Positions 20,703 to 30,286 of a stretch of DNA of 64,000 bases are shown here, one piece after another. The DNA comes from SAR324 cluster bacterium (GTDB taxonomy: Bacteria > SAR324 > NAC60-12), in NCBI GenBank assembly GCA_029245725.1, contig JAQWOT010000201.1, positions 3,059 to 67,058 of the forward strand, given 5' to 3'. Position numbers and translations under genes: made by a program. Numbering within the stretch: the stretch's first letter is position 1; the number at the start of each line of letters is the position of its first letter. The notes below the pieces were generated by a model, which saw nothing but the letters and a program-made list of their open reading frames with translations, had not been told where the DNA came from and ran no database searches.

Positions 20703-21302
20703 ATGATTTTACTCGTAGCTCCTGAGATTCCAGCAAATTCGAATGCTGAACGTAGACAACTGGTTTCAAGCAGCATTTTTGCGACTGTCATTCTGATCAT
20801 GACAGAAGTGATGTTCTTTGCAGCACTGATCAGCGCCTATATGATTATCCGCTCTGGCGCCGAAGAGTGGCCTCCATGGGGTCAGCCTCGGCTTCCAGTG
20901 TTCGCAACAGCATTGAACTCTTTGACTCTCTTGGTGAGCGCCTTCTGTCTGCATCGGTCTGTAAAGGTATTCCCTTCGCAGGCATCACAGTCTAAGCAGT
21001 TGCTTGCTTTGACGATTGCTCTGGGAACAGTCTTTGTCAGTGTGCAGGGATACGAGTGGATCCAGTTGATTAGTTTTGGGCTGACCATTACTTCCAGTAC
21101 CTATGGAGGTGTCTTCTATCTGATCATCGGAGCTCACGGGCTGCATGTGATTGGAGGGCTGCTCGCTTTACTTGTTTGTTTGAGAAGGCTCAACTCTACC
21201 TCCCAGCAACTGACAATTGACAACCTTCGTGCAGCCCAAATCTTTTGGTATTTTGTGGTTGGAGTTTGGCCAGTTTTATATACACTTGTTTACTTGCTTT
21301 GA
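20703..21302 (+). CDS. Cytochrome c oxidase subunit III-like protein (second copy)
   Basis: TEVMFFAALISAY, QGYEW, GAHGLHVIGG, FWYFVVGVW. Confidence 0.9.
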   Translation: MILLVAPEIPANSNAERRQLVSSSIFATVILIMTEVMFFAALISAYMIIRSGAEEWPPWGQPRLPVFATALNSLTLLVSAFCLHRSVKVFPSQASQSKQLLALTIALGTVFVSVQGYEWIQLISFGLTITSSTYGGVFYLIIGAHGLHVIGGLLALLVCLRRLNSTSQQLTIDNLRAAQIFWYFVVGVWPVLYTLVYLL

Positions 21303-21307
21303 GGATT

Positions 21308-21529
21308 GTGAGAGCCGTTCCTACTATTGTGATTACTGGCCTGGCTAGTTTATTCCTGAATTTCGACGTACAAGCCTGTGCGGTTTGTTTCTCTTCCTCA
21401 GAGAATACGAGAGCCGCATTTTACCTGACGACAGCTTTCTTGACTGTACTGCCAGTAGCCATGCTGATTGGTGGCTTCTACTGGGTACGGAAGCTGCAGC
21501 AGAAGCATGATGCGGTTGATCAAAGTTAA
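21308..21529 (+). CDS. Small exported/membrane protein with ACAVC motif at the end of the cox operon
   Basis: GTG start after GAGGA; signal-like segment, then CAVC, a TM helix and a basic tail. Confidence 0.6.
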   Translation: MRAVPTIVITGLASLFLNFDVQACAVCFSSSENTRAAFYLTTAFLTVLPVAMLIGGFYWVRKLQQKHDAVDQS

Positions 21530-21553
21530 GCTTCATTCCGTCAGGACGAGTAC

Positions 21554-22531
21554 ATGTTGCCTCCTCGCCATCTTTTGGCAATCCCTGCGCTTTTGTTCTT
21601 TATTTCAATAACAAGCTTAGCGCTCGCTCTACCCCGCAATCTTCTCCTTTCCAAAAATCCAGATCTTACATTTTTACTGGTTGATAAAAAAGACTGCCAA
21701 ATCGCAGTCTATCGAGGCTATCCGAAGTGGGAGATGATCGCTGCATATCCGTGTACAACGGGAAAAGTGCCAGGTGACAAGTTCAAAGAAGGAGATCTGA
21801 AGACACCAACGGGGATCTACTGGTTTACGGACGTTTGGTCAGAGAAAGATTTGATAGGAATGTATGGTGTTAAGGAAGCAAAACCCTATGGTGCAGGAGC
21901 ATTCCCACTAAACTACCCAAACTTGATAGATCGTCTCTTCCACGACAAGACAGGCTATGGAATTTGGTTGCATGGTACAGAGGGCGATCAGCCTATTCCA
22001 ACAGAGGGATGTGTTTCAGTCAGTAATGAAAATTTTTTAGAGATTGCGCAGTATATACAACTGCCAAACACTTTGATTCTGATTGATGAATCAGTAGAAA
22101 AATTGGAGGAACATCAGCATCTAGCTGAAATAGAGAGGCTGAAAAATTTTGTTGTCACCTGGATAGATGCTTGGGAAAATCCAAATGTGGAAGACTACAT
22201 AAATTACTATTCAAGTAGGTTTACAAACGAAAATTTCGATAAGAAGAGATGGCTACACTACAAGAAGAGAATTAATCTGCGAAATAAAAGTCGGAAAATA
22301 CAAGCTTCGAATCTAACCTTCCTATATAGTAAGGATACTTACTTTGTTCATTTTCTCCAAAAATATAGCTCTTCAGATTTTAGTGATTTAGGTTGGAAAA
22401 CGTTATATTTAGAGTTTCAAGTGGACGTACAGGATTTTCGAATTATCAGCGAAAATTGGGAACCTTATGAAAATCTAGCTATTATTCCAAAAACAGCTGA
22501 CGCCTCTAAATCTGAAACTGATGAAATTTAA
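21554..22531 (+). CDS. L,D-transpeptidase (YkuD) with NTF2-like C-terminal domain (Csd6-like)
   Basis: GDKFKEGDLKTPTGIY, LNYPN, GIWLHG...TEGCV; C-terminal WIDAWE...YYS. Confidence 0.88.
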   Translation: MLPPRHLLAIPALLFFISITSLALALPRNLLLSKNPDLTFLLVDKKDCQIAVYRGYPKWEMIAAYPCTTGKVPGDKFKEGDLKTPTGIYWFTDVWSEKDLIGMYGVKEAKPYGAGAFPLNYPNLIDRLFHDKTGYGIWLHGTEGDQPIPTEGCVSVSNENFLEIAQYIQLPNTLILIDESVEKLEEHQHLAEIERLKNFVVTWIDAWENPNVEDYINYYSSRFTNENFDKKRWLHYKKRINLRNKSRKIQASNLTFLYSKDTYFVHFLQKYSSSDFSDLGWKTLYLEFQVDVQDFRIISENWEPYENLAIIPKTADASKSETDEI

Positions 22532-23400
22532 GCCTCTCCTTCAACCCTCACTATCTGCGTTCCAATCCCTTGATCAGTAAATAGTTCAGCAATCACAGAG
22601 TGCGGATCTGTTCCGTTAATGATGTGAGCTGAACGAACGTTGGCTTTAACGCAATCCAACGCAGCCTGAATTTTAGGGACCATCCCACCTGAAATCACCT
22701 TGTTGGCGATCAAGTTCTCCGCAGTAGCCGTATCCAGATAGGAAATCAACTCTTTTCCATCTGATAACACCCCATCAACATCAGTCATGAAAATCACCTT
22801 GCGTGCTTCTAACGCAACTGCAATTGCAGCTGCGACAGTATCGGCATTGATGTTGTAGGTCTCACCACTACTCCCCATCCCTATTGGCGAGACAACTGGA
22901 ATGAACTGCTCTCGAATCAGTAGATGCAGTAGTTCGGGATTGATCTGTCTGATAGTACCTACATAGCCAAGGTCGATGCCACTGGCGTGCTTTTTCTTGT
23001 CAGCTTGAATCAGATTTCCATCCTTCCCACTAAGTCCTACTGCCTTTCCCCCAAAAGTCTGTAAATGAGCGATAATCTCTTTATTGAGGTTTCCTGAGAG
23101 CACCATTTCAGCAACCTTCAAATTCTCTGCGGTTGTTACTCTCAACCCATCAACAAAGGTCACTTCCTGGCCTAGGCTCTGGATCACCTTCGATACTTCT
23201 GGACCACCACCATGGACAACGACTGGTCTCATTCCTAAGGATTGTAACAGCACAATGTCTTGGGCAAAGCTGGTTTTCAGGGCTTCCTCGATCATTGCGG
23301 CTCCTCCGTACTTGATGACGATGATCTGGTTACGGAAGCGCTGAATGTAGGATAGAGCCTCAATCAGTAGATCTTTCTTGTCCCGGTGACTGATTTTCAT
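22528..23400 (-). CDS. argB: Acetylglutamate kinase
   Basis: VIKYGGAAM, VHGGGP, GLRVT, YNINAD, GGMVPK. Confidence 0.96.
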   Translation of the reverse strand: MKISHRDKKDLLIEALSYIQRFRNQIIVIKYGGAAMIEEALKTSFAQDIVLLQSLGMRPVVVHGGGPEVSKVIQSLGQEVTFVDGLRVTTAENLKVAEMVLSGNLNKEIIAHLQTFGGKAVGLSGKDGNLIQADKKKHASGIDLGYVGTIRQINPELLHLLIREQFIPVVSPIGMGSSGETYNINADTVAAAIAVALEARKVIFMTDVDGVLSDGKELISYLDTATAENLIANKVISGGMVPKIQAALDCVKANVRSAHIINGTDPHSVIAELFTDQGIGTQIVRVEGEA

Positions 23401-23447
23401 TGGGGATTTCGAATGAGACAGAAAAGGAAGGATTATGGGTATGTTGC

Positions 23448-25325
23448 TCAAATATCTGGTCGGACAGGTACCTTTAACTTTTGGTTAAGTCGTAATGGCT
23501 CGTTTCCTTCAAGATCATTAAGAACCAAGAGTTGCTCAACAGAAGTCCTATGTTCTCTAGCAATATCCCAGAGAGTATCACCCATACGCACCTGGATAAT
23601 TCTGTGGGTTGCTTTGTTGTTTTGTGTGATCTCTCTAAATACGGTGAGTTGTTGTCCTGCAAGTAGTGAATCAGAACTTTTCAGATTGTTCCATTCCATC
23701 AATTTACTGACAGTCACATTATAGCGTTCTGCCAGTTCAGAGAGGGTTGCTCCTTGGGGAACCCTTATTCTGACCTGTTTTTCCTGAACCAATTGTTGAG
23801 AGGTTGGTTCAGGCGGTGGAGCAATGATTAGTGTTTGGTTCGCCTGCAAAGCATTAGGAGCAGCGAGATTATTCCAACCTATCAACTCTTTCACAGAAAC
23901 ATCATAGCGTTGTGCTAAGTTAGACAGTGTTGCTCCTTGGGGAACTTGAATCGTTTTGGGGCGAGGATAAATCTTTAGTGACTGGCCAGCTTGCAGATCC
24001 ATTGGTGAGCGTAAATGATTGATCGTCATTAGCTCTTTGATATTTGTGTGGTATCGCTCTGCCAGTTCAGAGAGAGTTGCTCCTTTGGGAACCCGGATGA
24101 CAAACTGTGTCCCACGGATGCGCTCTTCCAAGTTTTGATTTTTTTCTCGTACTTCCTCCAAGACCTTACGATTGACAACATACATCTTGAGGCGTTGTCC
24201 AACTTGCAGAAGCTGGTTTTTAGGGATTCGGTTCCAGCGCAGTAGCCTTGTGATGGTTGTGTTGTACTTGCGTGAAATTGTCGATAGATTCTCTCCTCGC
24301 TGCACACGTACATATTTCAAATCGCCATGGCGCTCAAGAGTTTGTAGGTTCTCTGGAGTGTCTTGCAGCATGCTATTGTAGTGCTGGAGCCAGTGGGAAG
24401 AAGGCTCACCATACTGGCGAAGAGATTGCCACAGTGCAGGCTGATATTTCTGTGGAAGGTAGATAGTGTAATGTTTCTGATCAATGGGCGGCATCTCCCG
24501 GAGATATGCCATATTGTAGGTGAGTAATTCGTCTAGTGGCATTCCCGCACGTTGAGCAACTTCTTGGAAGGAAAAGTCGACAGGTACTTGGAACTGTGAC
24601 TGTTCCATTGGAGGTTCTAGTGTAACACCAGTGATTCCGAAATAATCTAAGTTCTTATAGATGATTGCGGTAGCCATGATTGCTGGAACGTAGCTCCGCG
24701 TTTCCCGAGGTAAAGATAGCGACCAGAAGTCAGTTGGTTTTTTTCGCTGCTTGGCTCGTTTAACCGCACGCTGGACTCTTCCTTCACCAGCGTTATAGGC
24801 TGCCAGCACAAGTTCCCAATCACCAAAAATTTCGTAAAGGTATTTGAAGTGCTGTGCGGCAGCACGTGTCGCTTTGAGTGGATCTCTGCGTTGATCAATC
24901 CAAGGATCCACCCTAAGCTGATATTGCTGTGCTGTGGTTGACATGAACTGCCAGAGTCCGACTGCTTGCTTGACTGAGACAGAACGTTCATTGAAGTTAC
25001 TTTCCACTGCCACAACGAAAACCAAGTCCTGTGGAAGGCCCCAAGCTCGTAGTTCTCTGCGGAACATATCCATGTATCGCCCAGAACGAGCAAGTCCACG
25101 GTCAAGAATGGAATGCTTACGCTCGGTGTAGTAGCGTAGCATCTGTTGCACTCGCTTATTGAGCTTGATGGGAATGTCGTAGTATCTTTGATCTGCAATC
25201 GCCTGGAGCGAGGGTTTTCCTTTGCCTGTGCTAATCTGGTCCGAGGATTCTCCGAAACTGGGTAGTGGAGGACCCCAGCAAAAGATTACTAGCAGAATGA
25301 GGAATTGCAGTGAGCGAAGCGTCAT
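23448..25325 (-). CDS. mltD: MltD-like lytic transglycosylase with five LysM domains
   Basis: VES, GLWQFM, AAYNAGEG, ETRSYVP; five LysM repeats (GENL, GATL x3, GDTL). Confidence 0.9.
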   Translation of the reverse strand: MTLRSLQFLILLVIFCWGPPLPSFGESSDQISTGKGKPSLQAIADQRYYDIPIKLNKRVQQMLRYYTERKHSILDRGLARSGRYMDMFRRELRAWGLPQDLVFVVAVESNFNERSVSVKQAVGLWQFMSTTAQQYQLRVDPWIDQRRDPLKATRAAAQHFKYLYEIFGDWELVLAAYNAGEGRVQRAVKRAKQRKKPTDFWSLSLPRETRSYVPAIMATAIIYKNLDYFGITGVTLEPPMEQSQFQVPVDFSFQEVAQRAGMPLDELLTYNMAYLREMPPIDQKHYTIYLPQKYQPALWQSLRQYGEPSSHWLQHYNSMLQDTPENLQTLERHGDLKYVRVQRGENLSTISRKYNTTITRLLRWNRIPKNQLLQVGQRLKMYVVNRKVLEEVREKNQNLEERIRGTQFVIRVPKGATLSELAERYHTNIKELMTINHLRSPMDLQAGQSLKIYPRPKTIQVPQGATLSNLAQRYDVSVKELIGWNNLAAPNALQANQTLIIAPPPEPTSQQLVQEKQVRIRVPQGATLSELAERYNVTVSKLMEWNNLKSSDSLLAGQQLTVFREITQNNKATHRIIQVRMGDTLWDIAREHRTSVEQLLVLNDLEGNEPLRLNQKLKVPVRPDI

Positions 25326-25534
25326 TGTCTCTTTAAAGAGAGCATTTTTGTGAATGAATTAATCAAAAAATCATTCCTATATACCTGATTTCTTGCAAGA
25401 TAAATGACACAAAAGAAAAAAGAGTTTTTCACTGTAATTCAGCTTGTAGACTAAAGTTTTTCTTGCAAAAAAGAGATCCATTAGGTCAATTTAATCAAAT
25501 TTAAGTCCACTGGTACTGAGTAAAAGAGGCTACA

Positions 25535-25930
25535 TTGAATTCTTATACATTCCGACGTCAAAACTATTTTGTTTTTCAAGTTGATCGCGATCCTGTTACG
25601 CCTTCAGTTCATTTCTTATGGGGTAAATTCGACTTTAGAGCGATCTTAGAACGTACTGAGGAGTCGAAAGTAATGGCTCAGCCTGATCGTGGATTCAGGG
25701 ATGAGAGTGGCCAATACTTTGTGCTGAAAAGCTTGCAGAACTTGTATCGCACAGAATGGTATGAGTTTGTCCGTCCAACAGCCCATGGCTTACAATTCGA
25801 GGAGACACTCTGGATAAATAATGGTAAGTCTCATTATGTGGAATATCCTCAGGATCTGCAGGATGTCGCATGCTCTATCTGTGCCGCAGAAATGGATCTA
25901 AGTCCGTTACAGTCTGTTGAACTAAACTAA
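25535..25930 (+). CDS. Hypothetical protein
   Basis: 131-aa ORF, TTG start after GAGG, upstream of miaB; CSIC near the C-terminus. Confidence 0.65.
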   Translation: MNSYTFRRQNYFVFQVDRDPVTPSVHFLWGKFDFRAILERTEESKVMAQPDRGFRDESGQYFVLKSLQNLYRTEWYEFVRPTAHGLQFEETLWINNGKSHYVEYPQDLQDVACSICAAEMDLSPLQSVELN

Positions 25931-25953
25931 TACTTAACCAATTTGACTACTTC

Positions 25954-27294
25954 ATGAAATCGACTTTGCCTCAACGTAAGGTGCACATAGCAACCTTTGG
26001 TTGTCAGATGAACGAGTACGATAGCGACAAGATGCTTGAAATCTTGAATCAGGAAAATTACCAGTACACAGATGAGGCTGGAGAAGCTGACTTGATTCTG
26101 CTGAATACCTGCTCTGTTCGAGACAAGGCAGAACAAAAAGTTTATAGCCTGCTAGGCAGGCTGCGGAAACTAAAGCAAGCTAATCCTAAGCTGAAAATTG
26201 GAGTTGGTGGGTGTGTTGCTCAACAGGAAGGTCAGCAAATTCTTGCAAGAGAACGCAGTGTTGATTTGGTCTTTGGTACAGATAATTTATTCGAACTACC
26301 TGAACTCTTAGCAGAAGTTGCTCAGGGAGAGCGTATCGCAAGGACAAATCGTGTAGCTCCTCGTCAAAAAGTTAGAAATTTTATCCCAGAGGAAGTTTCT
26401 TTATCAAAAGGAGCTAACCTGAAGGCTCATCTTGCGATCACCAAAGGGTGTAATAATTTTTGCTCTTTTTGTATTGTCCCTATGACACGGGGTTTGGAAG
26501 TGAGTCGGGAACCAGAAAATATTTTGCAGGAAGCTAGAAATCTGGTTGCCCAGGGAGTTCGTGAAATTTGTTTACTTGGGCAGAACGTCAATTCGTACAA
26601 GGCAGATGGTGTCGACTTTGTCCAATTGCTACGGCGAATGGACAAGATTGAAGGATTGCAACGCATAAGATTTACATCACCACATCCTAAAGATTTTCGA
26701 GAAGAACTTGCGGAAGAATTTGCTGAGTTACCAAGTCTATGTGAACAACTCCACCTACCTCTGCAGTCAGGTTCAGATCGTGTGCTACGTCGAATGCGTC
26801 GCTGGTATACCTTGGAAAAATATCTGGAAAAAGTAGCCTTGTATCGCCGTTATGTACCACAGGGAACGTTATCAACCGATATGATTGTTGGCTTTCCTGG
26901 TGAAACAGAAGAGGATTTCGAACAGACTTTGCAAGCGATCCAAACCATCCATTATGACCAGATCTTTGCATTTAAGTACTCTCCACGGCCAGATACACCT
27001 GCGGCGGCATATTCAGGACAGTTGCCAGAAGAGGTCAAGATCGAGAGATTGAGCCAGCTATTGGAGTTACAGGAGCCGATTGTAAAAGCCAAAAATAAGG
27101 CTTTGATCGGTAGTTCGCAGGAGGTCTTGGTCGAAGGCCCTTATTTGAAGGACCCAAATCGACTCAACGGAAGGAGTCGAGGTTACCACTCGGTCGCGAT
27201 TGCAAACTGTGCCGCTGAACCAGGAGAATTAGTGCCAGTTCGGATCACTGGAGCTAAAACCTACCTGCTGGAAGCAGAACCACTGTCAAAATGA
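25954..27294 (+). CDS. miaB: tRNA-2-methylthio-N6-dimethylallyladenosine synthase
   Basis: TFGCQMNEYDS, NTCSVR, GGCVAQ, radical SAM CNNFCSFC, TRAM domain. Confidence 0.96.
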   Translation: MKSTLPQRKVHIATFGCQMNEYDSDKMLEILNQENYQYTDEAGEADLILLNTCSVRDKAEQKVYSLLGRLRKLKQANPKLKIGVGGCVAQQEGQQILARERSVDLVFGTDNLFELPELLAEVAQGERIARTNRVAPRQKVRNFIPEEVSLSKGANLKAHLAITKGCNNFCSFCIVPMTRGLEVSREPENILQEARNLVAQGVREICLLGQNVNSYKADGVDFVQLLRRMDKIEGLQRIRFTSPHPKDFREELAEEFAELPSLCEQLHLPLQSGSDRVLRRMRRWYTLEKYLEKVALYRRYVPQGTLSTDMIVGFPGETEEDFEQTLQAIQTIHYDQIFAFKYSPRPDTPAAAYSGQLPEEVKIERLSQLLELQEPIVKAKNKALIGSSQEVLVEGPYLKDPNRLNGRSRGYHSVAIANCAAEPGELVPVRITGAKTYLLEAEPLSK

Positions 27295-27887
27295 TCAATC
27301 AACTTCAGATCACTAGTCGAATAGATCTTGTTTGCCCAATCTGCCACGTTGAGGGAGAGTGTGAGGCGCATTGTGTAGAAGCTTGGCAACAAGGAAATCG
27401 CCGAGATCATCTGCGAAACCTGTTGACGCCCTATCCCAATATTGGGCCGCAGTTGCTTCAAACGCTCCTAGATGACCATGCAACGCCGGAACAGGCTTTT
27501 GGCGACTGTACATTGATTGCTTGGAATGATGAGGTGCCAGCGACTTTTCTTCCGCTTTTCAATGGTACAGCGATGATCCACACTCAAGAGCCGTTACAAT
27601 GGTTTGCTCTTTTCCATCGTGAGGGACCCAATCTTCTGGATCTTTACACCAAACGCATACTAGGGCAGTTGATGCGCAGTTATAAGATGCGTGAGATGAT
27701 TCAGACGCTGCGTGAAGAAGAAGTCCAGATGATAGTTCCTCGTACAGCAGTGAAGCGTGCTAAGCCCACACAGCCGCCATTGGACCAAGCCCCTGAAATT
27801 CTGATTTCACAAGGTGGTGTGGCTGCAGATTCTTCTGCTTATCAGGAAGAAGAATGGGCTATTGATTTGATTCGTAGTCTAACCTAA
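27291..27887 (+). CDS. Hypothetical protein with N-terminal Cys/His cluster
   Basis: 198 aa, ATGA overlap with miaB; CPICH...C..HC. Confidence 0.7.
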   Translation: MINQLQITSRIDLVCPICHVEGECEAHCVEAWQQGNRRDHLRNLLTPYPNIGPQLLQTLLDDHATPEQAFGDCTLIAWNDEVPATFLPLFNGTAMIHTQEPLQWFALFHREGPNLLDLYTKRILGQLMRSYKMREMIQTLREEEVQMIVPRTAVKRAKPTQPPLDQAPEILISQGGVAADSSAYQEEEWAIDLIRSLT

Positions 27888-27977
27888 AGATCTTCGATAG
27901 AAGAAGGTGGTAAAATATTTGTTTAGTATTTGCACATCTCTTATCGTAAACCAAAATTGAAGAAGAAAGATAGGATT

Positions 27978-28406
27978 ATGAAACCATGGATTGTATGGAT
28001 GTGCTTTGGGTTGCTCTATCTTGGAGTACAGGAAGTCGAAGCGCGAAGAATCACTGGTGGAAAGCCAATGGCGCCGCGAAGCCCAAGCATTAACTATGAA
28101 CAACTTCAGCAGCATCGAACACAGTCTCGTGCTGGTTATCAAAGTGGTTACTATGATCAAGCATACCAAGCTGAGGTTCGTAGGGGCCGTTCGGTGAACA
28201 GCATGGTTGAGAGCAATACAGGAAATCCACCGATTTATCCGCTTAATTACGGTTCACTCCGACGCTCTGTGTTGGAAGATGATGATACCCAACGCCGGAA
28301 CTTCAATCCATTCAGAGTGAAGCCAGAATATGGGACACGTCCATCTAGTCGCCCACGCCCACGTTATCCTACCGAAGGTGTCAAATCACCGATCAAACTA
28401 TTCTGA
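27978..28406 (+). CDS. Hypothetical exported low-complexity protein
   Basis: ATG after AGGA; signal peptide MKPWIVW...VEA; mature part rich in R/P/S/Y/Q. Confidence 0.6.
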   Translation: MKPWIVWMCFGLLYLGVQEVEARRITGGKPMAPRSPSINYEQLQQHRTQSRAGYQSGYYDQAYQAEVRRGRSVNSMVESNTGNPPIYPLNYGSLRRSVLEDDDTQRRNFNPFRVKPEYGTRPSSRPRPRYPTEGVKSPIKLF

Positions 28407-28424
28407 TTGTTTCTCACATTCCCC

Positions 28425-28452
28425 AAAAAGTGTTGGCCTCGAAGGCCAACAC
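28425..28452. terminator. Hairpin, terminator-like
   Basis: GTGTTGGCCT-CGA-AGGCCAACAC, a perfect 10-bp stem, preceded by AAAAA (a U-tract on the minus strand). Confidence 0.55.
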
Positions 28453-28483
28453 AAACTAATCGCAAATCAAAAGAGATTTACAA

Positions 28484-30286
28484 ATGTCTAGTCGTCTGTC
28501 TCAGCTACAGAAGTTGATTCAGGAATCTGAATTAGATGGCTATTTAGTGCCAACGACAGATGAGCACCTCAACGAGTACGTGCCTCTACACCACCGTCGT
28601 TTGGAAGCATTGAGTGGATTCAATGGATCTGCTGGTATCGCGATTGTTCAGCGGGAAGAACGATCGCAACTATTTGTGGATTCTCGCTACCATATTCAAG
28701 CAGATGCGCAAAGCGGAGAGCATTTTGAAATCCGAAAGCTAGGGCTCGCCGGAGTTCCAGACGTTGTGGAATGGCTTGCAGAGCAATCGACTGGGTGTCG
28801 TTTCGGAGTAGATCCATTCACAGTTAGCCCACGGAGTTGGAGGCGTTGGTCACAGGCGTTGGTGAGTTGCCAGTCGGAGTTGGTACCAGTGCTTGGTAAC
28901 TTGGTTGATCAGACCGGATCAATTGCGACACCTGAACGGGTAGAGCCTAATTTGTTGCCACTTTCTTGGACGGGTCGTTCCACCTCAGAAAAGTTGACTG
29001 AATTGCGTGACCAATTAGATAAACATCAGGCTACGCATTTATTATTGACCCAGCTAGATGAGATTGCCTGGTTGACTAATTTGCGGGGAAAAGATGTTCC
29101 TTGTAATCCAGTCTTCGAATCCTATGCGCTGATTTCCAAGACAGAAGCAATCTGCTTTTGTCATTTTCCTACTAGCGCAGAACTAAAATCACTAACGGAT
29201 TGGACGTTTCATTCATATGAGGACTACGCTCTCACCTTAAAGCAATTAGCAGAGGATGCTTCTGCATGTGTGTGGTTGGACCCGCAGGGTGTTACAATGG
29301 GCACCTTGCTGTTATTACAAGATCAATCTGCCCAGGTATTGGAAGCAGAAAGTCCAGTTATCATGCCACGTGCTTTGAAGAATGAAGTCGAATTGCAGCG
29401 TATTCGCTACGCTCACCGACAGGCAGCAGTTGGGAAAATTCAGAGTCTTGCTAGATTGAAGCAAGCCCAGCAGAACAGTGAACAGGTAAGCGAACAACAA
29501 TATGCTGGATGGCTACGTAGCTACTATGAGAGACGACCAGATTTTGCAGATTTGAGCTTTGAAACAATTGCTGGAGTTGGTGCCAACGCAGCGATTGTTC
29601 ATTACAGCAATCCGAGTGCAGCAAAAATTCTGACAGATGGTGAATTCCTATTGGTCGACTCTGGTATTCAGTGTGGGGGAGGAACAACCGATGCGACTCG
29701 TACGATGATCTGGGGAGAGCCTGATGCTGAGCAGCAACGATGCTATACGAGGGTGTTGCAAGCACATATTCGACTTGCTCGCCAGGTTTTTCCTGAGGGT
29801 ACGAATGGTGCGGTACTGGATGGTGTGACTCGATCTTTGTTATGGAATGAAGGACTTGATTTCGGACATGGAACGGGTCATGGCGTAGGAGCCTTCCTCG
29901 GGGTACATGAAGGACCACAACGCATATCGGCCTTTGCCGGAGATGTTGGCTTTCGGTCTGGAATGATTATTTCCAATGAGCCTGGATACTATCGCACGGG
30001 TTGGGGAGGAATTCGTTTGGAAAATCTCTACGTCGTGCAGCCAGCTGCCCAGCATCCTAAGCATCCAGATGGCAAAGAGTGGCTTTGCTTTGACACCCTG
30101 ACCCTGATCCCCTTTGAGCGTAAGCTAGTCTGTGAAAAACTTCTTACAGAAGACGAATGGAATTGGTTGCAGCACTATCACAAGCGAGTTTGGGAAGAGA
30201 TTTCACCACTCCTCAATGAAGACGGGGAGAAAGAGTATCTCCAGCAAGCTTGTGACTGGTCGCAGCGGTTACAGGTGGCTGCTTAG
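28484..30286 (+). CDS. Aminopeptidase P family protein (M24)
   Basis: DEHLNEY, GFNGSAG, DSG..GTTDATRT, HGTGHGVG..VHEGP, NEPGYY, GIRLEN. Confidence 0.94.
   Translation: MSSRLSQLQKLIQESELDGYLVPTTDEHLNEYVPLHHRRLEALSGFNGSAGIAIVQREERSQLFVDSRYHIQADAQSGEHFEIRKLGLAGVPDVVEWLAEQSTGCRFGVDPFTVSPRSWRRWSQALVSCQSELVPVLGNLVDQTGSIATPERVEPNLLPLSWTGRSTSEKLTELRDQLDKHQATHLLLTQLDEIAWLTNLRGKDVPCNPVFESYALISKTEAICFCHFPTSAELKSLTDWTFHSYEDYALTLKQLAEDASACVWLDPQGVTMGTLLLLQDQSAQVLEAESPVIMPRALKNEVELQRIRYAHRQAAVGKIQSLARLKQAQQNSEQVSEQQYAGWLRSYYERRPDFADLSFETIAGVGANAAIVHYSNPSAAKILTDGEFLLVDSGIQCGGGTTDATRTMIWGEPDAEQQRCYTRVLQAHIRLARQVFPEGTNGAVLDGVTRSLLWNEGLDFGHGTGHGVGAFLGVHEGPQRISAFAGDVGFRSGMIISNEPGYYRTGWGGIRLENLYVVQPAAQHPKHPDGKEWLCFDTLTLIPFERKLVCEKLLTEDEWNWLQHYHKRVWEEISPLLNEDGEKEYLQQACDWSQRLQVAA

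Noticed and set aside
23730-24095. Near-identical ~30-nt DNA repeats (GCCAGTTCAGAGAG.GTTGCTCCTT.GGGAAC) as a CRISPR array
   Set aside because: They encode the LysM repeats of MltD, are spaced about 150-180 nt apart, and no cas genes are present.
27291-27887. CPICH as a c-type heme site
   Set aside because: There is no signal peptide or TM anchor, so a cytoplasmic metal-binding motif is more likely.
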